Shown here piece by piece: positions 1 through 13,352 of a stretch of DNA of 64,000 bases. Origin of the DNA: Kondoa subrosea (lineage: Eukaryota). Positions within the stretch are counted from its first letter, which is position 1. Every line of letters begins with the position of its first letter. The notes under the pieces are model-generated. The model made no database searches. It worked only from the letters and a program-made list of their open reading frames with translations, and was not told where the DNA came from. Both the position numbers and the translations under genes were made by a program. The stretch covers positions 3,205,564 to 3,269,563 of the forward strand of contig BCIN01000002.1 in assembly GCA_039545335.1 (NCBI GenBank), in the 5' to 3' direction.

Positions 1-381
1 GCGCAGAGCCATATGAAGACAATGACAAGAAAGGGCGAGCACAGAAGAGGGTACGTGATGTGATGTAATGGTAGGCATGAGAAGCATAACACGAGGAAGA
101 ACTACAACAATTGCATGAGATCAGCCGCGCCAAAGACGAGCTGGGATGATCAATTTGTAGCGATGGAAGAGAGAGTTGCAACCTCGTCAATCAGTTCAAG
201 CATCGGATCTTGTGATTTAGGCGTCAAGTCCAATCAAGCAATGAAGCAGTGCAATAGTTTGTGGCCCCAACGATCAATCCAGAAATAATACAGCTTGCGA
301 GGTAACATGTGTGGCAGTTGCAAGAAGAGGGACGAGTAATGTACGTCTTGCTGTGTCGACCAGTATCAAGACTTCGAACGG

Positions 382-3300
382 ATGCAGGCCATCTACAATA
401 CCTCGCTACCTCCCAGCGGCCAGGACTTCGCTGTTGGCTTGAGATTATGCCCTTCCACGCTGCTCAAGAAAGGCAGTCGAAATTTGGTCGTAGCGAGGAC
501 AAACTACTTGCAAATCTTTCAGCTCGACATAGACAATGGCACGCTAGTACACATCCAGTCGCAAGTCCTGCATGGTGTGGTTACTGGTCTTGCTCGGGTC
601 AAAATCCTGGATTCAGCCAAAGATGGGCTGCATAGGCTCTTGATCTCCTTCAAGTCTGCCAAATTCAGCTTATTGGAATGGGATTCCGCTACTCATAGTC
701 TGGCAACTATTTCTTTACACTCGTTCGAGCGACTGCCGCAACTTGTAAATTGATATTTACTTGTTTCGGCGTGCGAGGAAGCTCATGCTCTGCTGTAGCT
801 TTCCAATACACTCCCTAGGCATCCTCTGCTTCGAGCTGATCAAACGTCAAGATGTGCCGCGCTCTTACTGGCTGCAACAACACCGACTCTGGGAGTCCTT
901 CCGCTGTTTCAAGATGCTCTGGAAACTACGACGAATGCTGTTGAATCCTTACCTTATGCTGCATCTTTCCTGATCAATCTGACCGCTCTACTGCCTACCC
1001 TTCTCTTTGTACATGACTTCTGCTTCTTGCCTGGCTTTAATGAACCGACTGTCGCAATCCTCTATTCCACGCAGCCAACTTGGACAGGTCGTTTGGAAGG
1101 ATCAGTAGCAAGAGATTCAACATCATTACTCATTCTTACTCTGGATCTTTCTGAAGCTCATTCTCACGCAATCATTTCCAACATCTCTCCTACCACTTCG
1201 ACGCTTAGTACCGGTCTTCCTTACGATGCTCGCCAATTGTACCCGTGTCCGAAAGAATTAGGTGGCATGTTGGTGATCACAGGCAATGCAGTTATTCACG
1301 TTGATCAAGCTGGAAAGATCATTGCAAAACCTTTCACAGCATGGCATGACAAGACTTCAAATTTCCTTAGTACTCCAGGTCTTTTACTACCACCTTCAAA
1401 TACACCTAAAATGGGTTTAGAAAACTGTTCTTTGGTTTTCACTTCTGCTTTGAACGCTTTAATTTTCCTCGGTAATGGAGCTGTTTTCAATCTCAATTTC
1501 AGAAGAGATGGTAGAACTTTATCCGAAATTACTATAACCAATAACGAACAACCTATTGCGAATGGAACGATTCCAAGTTGCGCTGAATTGGTTGGTCGAG
1601 ATCATATTTTTGTTGGTAGTATAGTTGGGAATGGTGCTTTGTTGAAATACAATGTCTATGCAAATGAGAGCAATGGTATGGATTTTGAAATGAATAACGG
1701 TCGAAGAAGAGAAGAAGATGAAAGTAGCGAATCGGATTCGGAAGAGGATGATTTGTATGGAGCAAGCGAAAGTAAAGTCAAGAGATTGGTCATACCGAAA
1801 GCAAATACCAATGGAGCCTCCAAAGAACCTCTGTTGAAGTGTACCGACTTGATTGAAGGTTATGGCGCAATTCGAGACATGGCTGTAGGAACAGTTGCAG
1901 CTGACGTGAGGCTCGTTGTTTCCACTATTTGATCTTTCACCGATCATTCTCCAGGTCCAAGCAGAGCTAGTGGCATGCACAGGTGGTATGTCAACAGGAG
2001 GATTGACTGTATTCCAAGTAAGGCCTGATTCGGCGATGATCATTTCTTTCAGCTGATGTGCTGTGTAGCGGGGATTATCGCCTCGGAAGAAGCGTCGCTT
2101 GAATGCCTCAGTCAAAGCAGACGATCCTGTCTCACTCTCTATGCACAACATCAACTCGAAGCCGCTCATCATTGCTTCAACTGGCAACAAAACTTCCTAC
2201 TTTGGCCCAAGCTCGGATTCAGGGTCTCTGGCGCTGCTGAAAACCGACGATTGCAGGGTCGTTGCTTCCGGAGCTATCTTTGACGGAAAAGCGATAGTAC
2301 AGGTCACAGAGGATAGCATACGGCTGCTGAATGAAGGTGTGTAGTCCTTATGTATCTTGTGACAAATTCCTCATACCTATACAGACAACGCTGTCCAACA
2401 AAGTCTGCTTCTTGGTTTGGAACCCAAGATTGTCGACGCCCAATTCGCTGACCCTTATATACTGATCAAAAGATCGGATGGATCTATCGCTGTCTATCAA
2501 GGTGACGAATCTGTCATCTCGCCCAAGCCTCTCTCTCTACCAGTTAGCAAAGTCAGTTCAGCAAGTTTATTCAAAGATGCATTCGGTGCTTTTCCTGTCT
2601 TCCGGGCCGACAAGGCTGCAGCACCCCAAACACCTGTCTTGGGATTCACAGAAGATGTTAGCATGCAGCCGGAAGAAGAAGTAGATTACGAAGACGCCGA
2701 TGCGGATTTGTATGGCGTTGCGAAAAGCAGTAAATCTGGCAAGGCTAGTTCAGCTTTGCGAAACCCGCTTCCGCCTTTCCTTGGTCTGGGTACTCATGGA
2801 ATAGACAATAAGAGGAATCGTACACGACATTTACTGTTTGTTTATACACAAAACGATACATTCGAAGTCAGTCGTTCTATTAAACATGCCCACATATTAA
2901 GTAACGCATTGCAGATTATATCTCTGCCTGATCGTAACGTTCTCTTCAGTACTTCATCTCTCAGATATCTCCCTGTCATAGTAGAAGATTCAATTCTCGG
3001 TCGACCCAAAGAATCGCTGCCGTTTCTGGAAGATAGCGACGTAGAACAGATCGACTGTTCGCTCTTTGGTCAGAAGGTCAAGAAACCTTTTCTTTCGGTA
3101 CTATTGCGGGATGGCTCTCTCGATTTGTACGAAGTGGTGCCAGATTTTGTTTCGCGAGACTTGTCTACTTCGACGCGAAGAGTTTCTGCTGCTGTCCGCT
3201 TCGTCAAAGTTCTACACCACGATGTTGGCGCTTCGAGTCCCGAGAACCCTAAGAGAATGTTCCGACAATTGAATCTTGGTGCAAGCGGAGTATCACTTGC

Positions 3301-5127
3301 AACGCCTGAACATACCTATTGTGTGGCTGCCTCTAGTCATGGCCCTCCTCAAGTACATGTCGTACAGGAGCAGAATGTAATGGCTTTCTGCGCGATTCAG
3401 GTTGAACAGCAAACATTATGTGCTTTCTTTACCAAAGAAGTAAGTGCTCCGGCGGTTGACATGATGGCATAGCTGACAACGTACAAGGACTTATTCTCAG
3501 CATCTCTTCCTTCTCTATGTTTGGATCACGAATTACCTTGGACTAGTTCTTCGACGGGCAGGACCTATAGCGCCATTGCCTTCGACCAACCTTCAGACAC
3601 CTTTGTCGCTGCATCGATGTATGATGCTCCTTTTGAGCTCTTCGATGACGAGGGACAACCCGTGTGGAGACCTGATGGTAAGACATCTGGAGAAATCTTT
3701 ACTTGAACTTATACATCTTTGCTAGTACCTGATCTTTTGTATCCACAACCGGTCAACCTTAGATGTGCTCTTGAGCTACTTGTGCCCGGAAGTTGGGAAG
3801 CTATTGATGGGTTCGTCTTTAGTTGTCAGTCGGGATGGATCTGACAAGCTTGCAGATACGAATTTCGCCAGAACGAAGTGATCAACAGCATGAAATCAGT
3901 GACAATGCAAAGTCGAAGTTCTCCAACAGGATACCGTGACTTCATTGGCGTTGGAACGTCCATCAACAAGGGAGAAGATATCTCTGTAAGAGGTGCAGTA
4001 AGTACAATTTGCTCTTTTAGAAGAAGTATCGACCTGAATTGGCGCAGCTATATGTATTTGAGATCCTCAAAACTGTTCCGCAAGAAGGGGAATCAAGACA
4101 TGCGCGCAAGATCCGATTGCGTTTCATGGAAGAGCAGAAATCGGAAGTATCAAACATTTGGCATCTCGATGGCTATATTATGCACTCCATGGGTCTGAAA
4201 GTTAGTATATTCGTGCTGACATCGTATGGTTCAATCTGACATATCATAGCTGTACGCAAAAGGTTTCGACCAGGATGAGCGCTTGCTGGCTGTAGCGTTT
4301 CTCGATATCGGCATACATACTACGTCTATCCGCGCCGTCAAGAATTTAGTACTGCTTGGCGATATCGACAAAGGTATCACCTTTATCGCTTTCCAAGAAG
4401 ACCCTTTCAAGCTTGTCGCGATCGGCAAAGATTACCAAGGCAGAGGCACCGTCACTGCTGATTTCTTGATTCATGATGGTCGAATGTGTTTTGTGACATC
4501 CGATGCTGAGGGCGTGGTTCGATTGATCGAGTACAACCCTGCTAGTGCGCCATTTGCTATTGTCAATGATATTCCTGCTGATCTTCTGACCAGACTTGGA
4601 ATCTCGAGGTGGTGAACGTTTGCTCTGCCGAACTGAGTTTCAAACCGTATCAGAAGCTGCCGTTAGCTTGATATACACCAAGCGCTCGGCAAAGCAAGAA
4701 CCAAAGCAAAGTGGTATTCTGCATGGTGGGTTTGAGCAGCCATATTGCAAAGCGTTTCATTGACGTTCGTACTAGCTGGCGTTGATGGTTCCCTACGGAC
4801 TATTGCGCCTATGAGAGAAGCAGTATACAAGCGCCTGCAGCTACTAGAAAGGCAGCTGCAAAGGCATACTCAACATTATGCCGGTTTAAATCCTCGTGCG
4901 CTGAGGTATGTACATCTCTTTGAAGCCATATGCTGCTCTGATCGGTATTCAGAACTGTTCGGAACGATTTCGTTTCTCGTGCCCTGAGTAAAGGCTTGCT
5001 TGATGGCGACCTGCTGGCTACTTTCGACAAGCTGCACACTTTGAGGCAGGCAGAAATCGCGACAGCTATCAATACAGATGTCGATACTATCCGGTCGAAT
5101 CTGCAGAACCTCAAAGGACCTTGGTAG
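382..5127 (+). CDS. CFT1: Cleavage and polyadenylation specificity factor subunit 1 (CPSF160/Cft1), multi-exon
   Basis: N-terminus NLVVARTNYLQIF...LHGVVTGL..V..LDS.....RLLISFKSAKFSLLEWD; FLPGFNEPTVAILY..QPTWTGRL; C-terminal VAFLD...VKNLVLLGDI.KGI.F..FQEDPFKL and AGLNPRALR...LLDGDLL; stop TAG at 5125-5127. Confidence 0.93.
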
Positions 5128-5215
5128 AATCAAAGTTTAACCGCATAGGATTCAATAAAATGTAGCATAGCCAGGAAACTGTTACAACCCGCTTCACCTT
5201 TTTGTTTCAACAATC

Positions 5216-6496
5216 TTAAATAGTAATATACCCCTCTGCTGATTGAACAGCTGAACCAGCTAGCAACACCCTTTTCTCCTTTTCTAACCACGTTACAGTC
5301 AGCGATCCAGTTCTCTTGGATGCTTGATAAGCGTTCATAGCTGTAGGAGCTGTATGTTCTTTGGTGAAACGATGATGGAAAGGAGCCAAAGCACAATGAG
5401 CAGCTCCGGTCCTATGATTCCATGTTGAATTACACAGCGAAGATCTGGTCGAAGCAAAAAAAAAAACTTACACTGGATCTTCTTCCTATGGCAGTTCAGA
5501 AGCATAGACATGAGCGAATGGAGTTCTCCCCTCTTTTCTTGCTTTTACTTACAATACCAACGTTAGGAGCAAAGACTCTTGATTCAAAATCGTGTCCATC
5601 TGCTAAACTTTGACTGTCAACAGTAAGGATTTGTATTTCTCCAGGAATGGATGCCTTGAGACAAGCGGTTCAATTCAAGTTAAAGTAGGACATCAAGAAA
5701 AGCAGCATACCAAAGCAGCAGGATCTACTCGTACGTCTCTCAAGCTGAAATTTCCAGTGATAAGAGAAACGCTTGTGACATCAATAGAGCTGAGACTGAC
5801 TTTGTGTCTTCAGGTAATGAGAAATGAGCAATATAACCACTTTTGTGACGGTAGACAGTGAATGCTGAAGTAGCGAGAGTAGGACACCCTTCTCGGAAAG
5901 CTTGTCTGACTTGTTCTTTCAGAGCTTGATCCGCTTCAGGTTCGCTGAGGTTTTCAGGGAAATTGAGTTGAATAGCTGTAGTGAGGCATTGCGTAAGCAT
6001 GACAGACTAGATTTGACGATGATGAATTGAGGCTTACTACCATTCTCTAGCTTCTCGGCTGTCAATTGTCCAGATAAAGTGTTGTAAGTGATCTTTGTCT
6101 CGTTCTTATCAAGCAAACCAGAATTGAACAGAACGAAAGAAGTAGCCAAAGTAGCATGACCACATAAATCAACTTCTGTCGTAGGTGTAAACCAACGTAA
6201 ATCGTAAGTATTCTTCTTGCCAGATGACATTGCGGAAGGTCTTGCGGAAGGTCTTGCGAAAGCCGTTTCAGCCAAATTGAATTCTGCTGCTATATTGAGA
6301 CGGGTTTGATCTGGTATTTCTTGATCTTCATCAAGTATGATGACGGCTGCTGGATTTCCAGCGAAGCCTGAAAATTAAAGCGACATGACAAAATCAACAA
6401 AACACAAGATTACAAGAACGAGATGAGAAGATAGAAAGTACGGGTGGAAGTAAAAGCATCTATGATGCTGTACTTGAGTTGCACGCTTTCAGTCAT
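5216..6496 (-). CDS. PhzF/PhzC family (phenazine biosynthesis-like, diaminopimelate epimerase fold) protein, multi-exon
   Basis: Spliced motifs IIDAFT..FAGNPAAV, NLAETAF, LRWFTPTTEVDLCGHATLA, SRVFAP, EDPVTGAAHCAL, LAGSAV. Confidence 0.9.
6230..6258. repeat. In-frame 12-bp tandem duplication inside the PhzF-like CDS (encodes ARPSARPSA)
   Basis: TTGCGGAAGGTC repeated about 2.4 times. Confidence 0.7.
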
Positions 6497-7484
6497 GCTG
6501 TGGCCGTTTTGAGAAGAGCATGAAAGAGTAAGCTAGCGCTGTGGAGCGTTTTCTTGTTGACTCGAACCATTCGCTTGTCTCGGCTCTGGCAAAGGTATAG
6601 CAGATTTGGAGACTGCAAGCGCAATGTATACATTCTTACGCCGGAAAACACAATGAGGACGAGCCAGACCACGAACGAGAATCGTCAACACAGGAGAACA
6701 GTGAAACGCGGCAAGCGACAAGGTAAGGCTCTCGCGCCAAGGCCCGATAAAGGACTGCTAATTGAAAGCTCAGGTCACCGATGACTGTGAAATCAGGCTA
6801 CCATACACACAGCGCAGCTATTCGACAAGTTGAAATAATCATGATACATGCCGTCTTCCAGCTCACAAAGGGCAGTCTGTACATCCCTGTCACACTCGCA
6901 TTGCCACAATATTGCTGTCTGCCTAATCAAATCAGCTACCAGCTAAACGGTGCCAGAAGTTTCACTCACTGTATTACATTGATCATCTTTTCCACCTCGT
7001 TTGAATTCAGACCCAACTCTTCGCTACTCCTTAATTCAATTTAAATCGTGCTGCATACTTCGGGCGTCCATATCGCTTGACTTTCATTGTCCGATTTCCA
7101 AATGAGAGGATCTATTCGAGTTGAGCGGAGATGACTTGCCTGACTTGCGGCTGCGAACGGATTGAAACAGGTTGAGATGTGGATTTTAGGTTGAAAGTTT
7201 AATAGATCGAAGGGTCAATAGCTTGACTCGAGTTGGTGTTCATTCAATAGAGGTAAGTAGAGCGAGATTTGTATTTGAGCGGAATGAACCTTGAGGTATA
7301 ATACGTTGCCATAGCTTGAAATGGTATTTGTTGATATCGTTATTTTTGAAGACGCACATGAGACTTGTAATATGAACAGGAAAGAAAGATGATGAAGACG
7401 ATGAAGACAGATGAAAGAAAGAAGGTTGCTGATCTTGAATGGGTGTTGTTGTCCTTGCGATAGTGACACGAGAAGGAACTTTCT

Positions 7485-7867
7485 TCACTTGCGACCTTTG
7501 CCTTTCCTCCCTAGCCTCTTATTGATCTGCTCCGTTATACTCATTGTTGGTACTTCTTCCACCGATATTCTTGTATCAGGAGGTGCACCAAGAGCGAATC
7601 TGTACATTTACAACAGCTCAAACAGGGTCCTTGAACCCTGAAGAGAACGCTTGAAACGCACAAGAAAGGTAAAAAGATGTCATTCAACTCTTTCTCCGTT
7701 AAAGCCCTATCTGGTAATTCAGGATATGTCAAGGTCAACATTTGAGCAGGTTCCAAGAGTGCGTTAGGTTCAACGGGTGAAATGACAGAGGCGAATCGTT
7801 TGCTTATTGATGGAATAGCACGGACTTGTTTTGTCGCTGGTGCTCGAGTGAGGCGGAAGAGGGACAT
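7485..7867 (-). CDS. Small hypothetical protein (~106 aa) with a probable mitochondrial presequence, one intron
   Basis: MSLFRLTRAPATKQVRAIPSISKRFAS is Arg/Ser/Ala-rich, lacks acidic residues and ends in an RF-AS cleavage-like site; GTGCGT...TACAG intron joins to FALGAPPDTRISVEEVPTMSITEQINKRLGRKGKGRK*. Confidence 0.6.
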
Positions 7868-8241
7868 GTTGGGAATGGTTATTGGGTAGGAAGAGACTCT
7901 TGAGAGGGCTGGACAGGTATAAGAAAGCTGTAATCTCGTTGGTGGTCAGGAGCAAGGGGCGAACATTCGTAAATCTCATGTCGTCAAGTGACTGAGTAAG
8001 CTGAGTTGAGGAAGAGCACGATGTCGCAGTACTATACTGCTGGACTGAAAGCGAACGCAGCATGTATTGAGCGGAAGTTTCAATGCGCACGATGACGAAT
8101 CTATGAATTAATAAGTTACAGTGGATGTACTGTGTTTCCTGTTTCGATGGTAGCTTGCGCATACTAGAAAGTCATTACATATATACACAGACATTGTAAA
8201 CGAATGAACTGTCCTCTAGTGTCCAAACGAAATTCATGCTT

Positions 8242-9169
8242 TCAAGCAGACAAGAACTTCTTCATCACAGTTCTCCAAGCTTCTTTCGCACCAGTCTCAA
8301 TGACATCACCATGACATCCAATAATCCTTTCAAAATCCCAAGCATCTACTTTTCTTGCACCTTCTCGAAAGTTTTCCTTATCTTTGCTCACTAATCCGAT
8401 GAGAGTTTGATGACTTTTGCCTTGAGGATGTAGACCATTCAGGAAAAGGGAGATAGGCCACATAGGTGACGCGGAAGAAGGTGAGTGTTGATACTAATCC
8501 ATTTCGAATTAGCTAAGAACAGCGAGAAAACCAGTGAAGAAAGATTAACAAACCTGTTCTTTGCAGGGCAAGTTGAATAACAAGTCTGTAGTCAATCGAC
8601 AATCTCTCCTAAGCCAATATAATTGGCAAGTAGAGCCGTTCTGACATACCTGCCTGAATTAAACTCTTGCTATCCCGATGATAAAAAGCAATATCCTTAT
8701 TCGCATGACCAGAGAAATAGACAGCTTCAATCTCCTTGGATAACTCAGGTCCGAGAGGATCCGCGTCTCTTCCAAAGATTCCTGTCCACGGTAGATCTTT
8801 GGTTTTCGATGCGCTGAGAACAGGTTCAGGCTGTGAATGCCCGCTCAGTCTTTAGATCGTAATCGATCAAGAGCTGAGAGTAGTACTCACTCCGATCAAA
8901 CGAGCACCAGGATAAGCTTTTACGTATTGTTCTGTGGACATTGTATGTTCTGCATCCAAAGCAACAATGTACTTGACAGGACCCAATTGATCCAAAGCAG
9001 CTTTTGTAGTACTGTCCAAGGGAGAACTAGCGGCCAAGAAGACTTCACCAGAATTCAAGCGAATCGCAGTACTTCTTGTACCGAAAGGCAGAAGACCCAT
9101 TCGTTGTAGAGGAACGCTGAAAGTGATAATGTTTGGAGTAACATTACGAATGAAAGGTGGGCTAGACAT
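8242..9169 (-). CDS. DUF4336-like / metallo-beta-lactamase-fold protein, multi-exon
   Basis: ITFSVPLQRMGLLPFGTRSTAIRL.SG, LGPVKYIVALDAEH, DLLFNLPAKEQ, WDFERIIGCHGDVIETGAKEAWR. Confidence 0.8.
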
Positions 9170-9282
9170 GACTACTTGCTCGTTGTGAAAGAAGAAGAGA
9201 CTGAATTTTGTGAAATGACGAGTGAGGTTGTCCAAGAACCGTTTCAGGAGTATACCCCTGTGACTGCCAGTGATACCACAGA

Positions 9283-10544
9283 ATGGTCATCTTATCCAAA
9301 GCTATCGAGTTTGACTGTACTTCTCTTCCTGTTTCACTTTGCTTTCGACTGTGTATCTAAATCCGGTCGGGTGTCTTCAGATGCCTATACTACTCAATCT
9401 ACTCCTCCTGTTTCCGTATACAAGCGTCCACATCTAAATAAAGAATGGGCCATAGGCAGGCGAGTCCTTTCTACATCTTCCATGTCCAATTGGAATAACA
9501 TCCATGTGAAATAGTGTACCTCAAGGTGGTTACAGCTTGACTTGCCTAGTAGAAGCCTGCGTACAGCATCAAAAGAATACGGCTCACCCTCATCCAGCTT
9601 CTGTTTCTGCTCAGTATTTGGTTGCCAATACTTGCGAACCGGAAACTAGAATCAATGTTACTGTTACCAAGAAAGGTCGACAATTCACTAATCTGACAGC
9701 AGAGATGGTGCAGAATGTATGTCCTCTCATCTCTTCTGTTCTTGGATTATGTAACGAGGTCGAATTGTACAGGGCAAAGTCACCATTTCCACACAAGTCA
9801 TCTTCACTTCCATCCCAGCTATTCACCTTCCCTCTGCAGACCCTAAAACCTCTTTACTTCCTCCATCTTCACAATCACGGTATATTCCAACTTTAAAATT
9901 ACCATCAGCTTGCAAACCAGTTGACCTCGGGTCCAAATTATCCAAATTCGCAATGTCTTGGTCAGAAGATCCTATTTTTTACTCCAACAATAAATCAAGA
10001 AGGGAATCACCTTCAATAGAACATGAAGGAGGATTAGAATGGGGTTGTTATGTAACTTTGGATGAACCTGAAATCAGATGGAAAGAAAGTATGATGGGCT
10101 TTGCTGGAGATTTGTTCAAGAACGCACCGGAATTAATGGCTGGTAGTGAAGGTTTATGGTGGTATCCTACAATGTCTATTCATTTACAATATCTTTCAAG
10201 GTAAATCGTTCATACTTCATACATCAAGGAGATAAGAAACTGATGTTCAAATTTCGCGTCACAGAGTGGATGAAAATGATGAAAAGTATAGTAAAACTAA
10301 AGTCTTCCTTTACGCAAAAGGGTCTTTCCTCGAAGCTGGAAGACATGATTGCACAGTAGAAGTTTGGACTGCTCCTTCGACTGAAAACAACCCGAATTGG
10401 AGGCAAGAGCAAATTTGTTTAGCTAAATGCACACAATTCGCTTGGGCTTTACCAGTGAGTTCGGTTTGCTATTGATCAGTGTCAGAGCTGACGGAAAGGC
10501 AGCTTAGCGTGAATCAGAGCAGGGGTCAGAAGGCGAAGTTGTAG
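9283..10544 (+). CDS. Thioesterase-like (double HotDog fold) protein with C-terminal PTS1 (-AKL)
   Basis: EWAIGSVPQGGY, HPHPASVSAQYL, KKGRQFTNL, WYPTMSIHLQY, GRHDCTVEVW; last exon LSVNQSRGQKAKL*; one GC-AG intron at 9460. Confidence 0.8.
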
Positions 10545-11058
10545 TGACTCGGAGAGGGGACGCATGATTGTTGTATGTGTGATCAGGGAGCTGTGCAAAG
10601 CTGTGCATCTGCGAGGCTACTGCACAACTCAGAGACATGGCAGAGACTTGGACAGCTGTGTTGTTCTGTGCCGCGGAACTATTGCCCACTGACCTCTTTT
10701 CGAAGCAGCGACCAACAGATATTGCGTTACACACTTTTGCAGCGTCTCAGACGGATTGCAATCTGTGATTCCTCAATTGCAGGAAGGGCCTCTTGATTGA
10801 GTGGACTGGAAAGCTTTGTTTCGCTTTTGGGAGTTTTGCACCGACTTGCAGCTAGTTTCTACCCCAGGGCTACGGGAGTTTGTCTGTCATACGTGCGTAC
10901 TGTGTGCAATATCTTCCCAGGCAGCTGACCTTGTGAGACAGACCTCAATAGCAGCAGCGTGAGTAGGTTGATTTCAAGCGAAGTACCGGCAAGCTTGCTA
11001 GGTCATTCTCTGCCGCTCTTGCTCCGTGTCACACGTACTGAAATAGTACTCAGTCAGC

Positions 11059-12373
11059 ATGGATCCATTGCAATGCGTACCGCCTGAACTTCAGCTCAAA
11101 ATCTATGAACATTTATGTGAAGATAGTGGATATCGCTCTACGCTGACTAGTTGCGCGAAAGTCTGTAAACAATGGCACAAGCTGGCTATTCCTTTCCTCT
11201 ATCAAGACATAGGATATTATCCGCTATACCGCAACCATGATTATCAATGCACAGTGGCACGCATACTTCTTATGGCGCCTGATTTTGGCCAGTACATCAA
11301 GTGTCTACACATGGATCTTAACAATACCGACGTAGCCGCAATCGCTCTACTTTTGGGAAAAGCTAAAAACATCAGAAATCTTTACCTTAACGGAATCAAC
11401 AGCAGCCATGCAGAAGCGCTGGCACTGGCATGGATCAATTGCATTCATCTGGAAAAACTGGATTTGCGTTTCCGAGACGATAATTTGACCAATCTCTTTT
11501 CCTTCATGTCCGCCAGCGCACCCAACCTCAAAAAAACTCGTTCTCCGCCTAAGAATCTGTACAATCACCTTTAAGCCACAGGTTGCGACCTGCCTCTCCA
11601 ACAGCCTCCTTCAGTACCCTTCCTCTTCACTTGCTGAATTCCTTACTTGTTTCGTGCGGTCGAATCCCTTCTTGGCTATCGTGCGGCGCGAGCACAGCAT
11701 GGAGTATGATCCCACGGTCGGCATGGGCGAGTTACAGCTTTCCAATAGTCAATGTCGAGATGTGGCGTACGACTTTATGACCAATTTTCCCAATTGTCGC
11801 CAAGTACAGATGCTTGCTACGACTTTCCTCCAGCTGCGATCATTGCATATCCATATGGACGCCTTGGATAATGTGCCGATCGAACAACTATCCATCTTCA
11901 TCGAACAACTTTCTGAAACTACCTTAAAAACGACTCTCAACTCGCTCACCCTATATTTTAGCTCTCACTTGACTTGGAATGGCAGGCGGATCTTTTCGGC
12001 GTCTAACCGCTTACCAAATGTCAGAGGGCTTTCCCTTAGCACAGAGGTCTGGTGTTGCTTGAAGGAGGAGCATACCCCAACAGAAGACTTTAGGATTCCA
12101 AGCGACGAGGACACGACAGGACTCAACAATCTGTGTAGTGATATAAAATCATACAGTCAACTCCTTCAGCACCGTCGTGTGCATCTTTTTATTCGAATGT
12201 GCTATGATTGTGAGTCCGAAATGGAATTGGAGTTCCGATCAGGCAAATTGTACGATGTTGAGGAATTGGATGACCTATCGAAATCGGAGGAGGAAAGGTT
12301 GTCAATGTGGGATTGGAAGCAGGCGCTTGGACTTGCTGACGAGCTCTATTTCGTCGCTGAGGAAAGTGATTAG
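11059..12373 (+). pseudogene. Intronless F-box/LRR-like protein interrupted by a +1 frameshift at an A7 run (pseudogene or assembly error)
   Basis: F-box-like start VPPELQLKIYEHL...LTSCAKVCKQW..LAIPFLY; ORFs 11059-11574 and 11654-12373 join into one ~437-aa frame if one A at 11530-11536 is removed. Confidence 0.7.
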
Positions 12374-13352
12374 GCAAGAAGAACGGTCAAGCTGCTGCAA
12401 GATGATATCGTGGACGAGTATACTTGTGGGTATACTGCAGAGCGAGAGGAACCAAATTCAGAAAGCAGGAGCTTCCGTGGTCTGATTGTTTCGTTCTTCT
12501 CGTACTTTCCTTGTCTCTCATTTATCAGGTGCAAAGGCTTCTCGCACAATATCCCAAAGATCGTGAAATCTCCTAACACGTATTCACTGCCTCCTACGGT
12601 TTTGCTATTTCACACTGATGCATTCGTTTCCTTCAGCAAGCGTAATCATATGGCTATTACTCATTCCCTTTCTTTTCCCGTTTATTCTCCTTCGTATGTC
12701 ATTCATTATGTCCCTTTCTACTTTCTCCTCGGTTCTATACTGTCTTCCGCATCAAAATGTACTTCGACAACATCAGGCTTCGGAACAATGATATAGCTTT
12801 GGGTTAGCTACGGGTAGTCGAGTCTTTTGTCTATCATGTCTGTTGGAGCAGCACAGAACTGTTGCATGCGGTGTCGCGCATACCAAGTAATCAATCGCTG
12901 AAATAGACGCGCTAGATTATGTGATCCGCATGCGGCTGATCGACTTGAGAATTGAGACTAAGCAAGCAACGGTCGTACGACTATAAGGGTGTAATATCGT
13001 GGAGACTGTCAGGGAGAGACCCGCTCGATAAGCACTCGGCAGCCGAAGATTCTTGGAAGCTTTCGACACGCGCTAAAGAAAGTGCTGTTGCCGACATGCT
13101 GTGCAAGTGCAATGCTGACTTGAGTTCCTCGCCTGCGAACCACGACGTGATACTGCAAGCAGAAGCCTGTTCAGCGATAGGCGACTTGCAGAAGCGCGTG
13201 GCGGAACTTCCATCCATTCAAGACCTTCTGTTCCCTGGCATCCTGTACTTGCTCGCTTCGCAACACCTGTAGTGAGGTCTGCTCTTGACTGCTCTACTCC
13301 CAGACGTCTGCCGCACTGAAAGATCGAGATTCATTGGATCAGCTCAGCAGCC

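Noticed and set aside
1..380. Possible 5' end of a minus-strand gene running off the window
   Set aside because: Only short ORFs and no recognisable motif; cannot be supported
1519..2190. Long antisense ORFs (also 55659-56249 in an alternate frame, 27620-28071 and similar)
   Set aside because: Shadow ORFs overlapping well-supported genes
7035..7200. GTGCTGCATACTTCGG, reminiscent of a U6 snRNA 5' end
   Set aside because: No ACAGAGA box or other U6 core sequence follows
12374..13350. 1-kb gene-free interval with ORFs of 70-128 aa
   Set aside because: No coherent exon structure, repeats or recognisable domain; likely UTR and promoter
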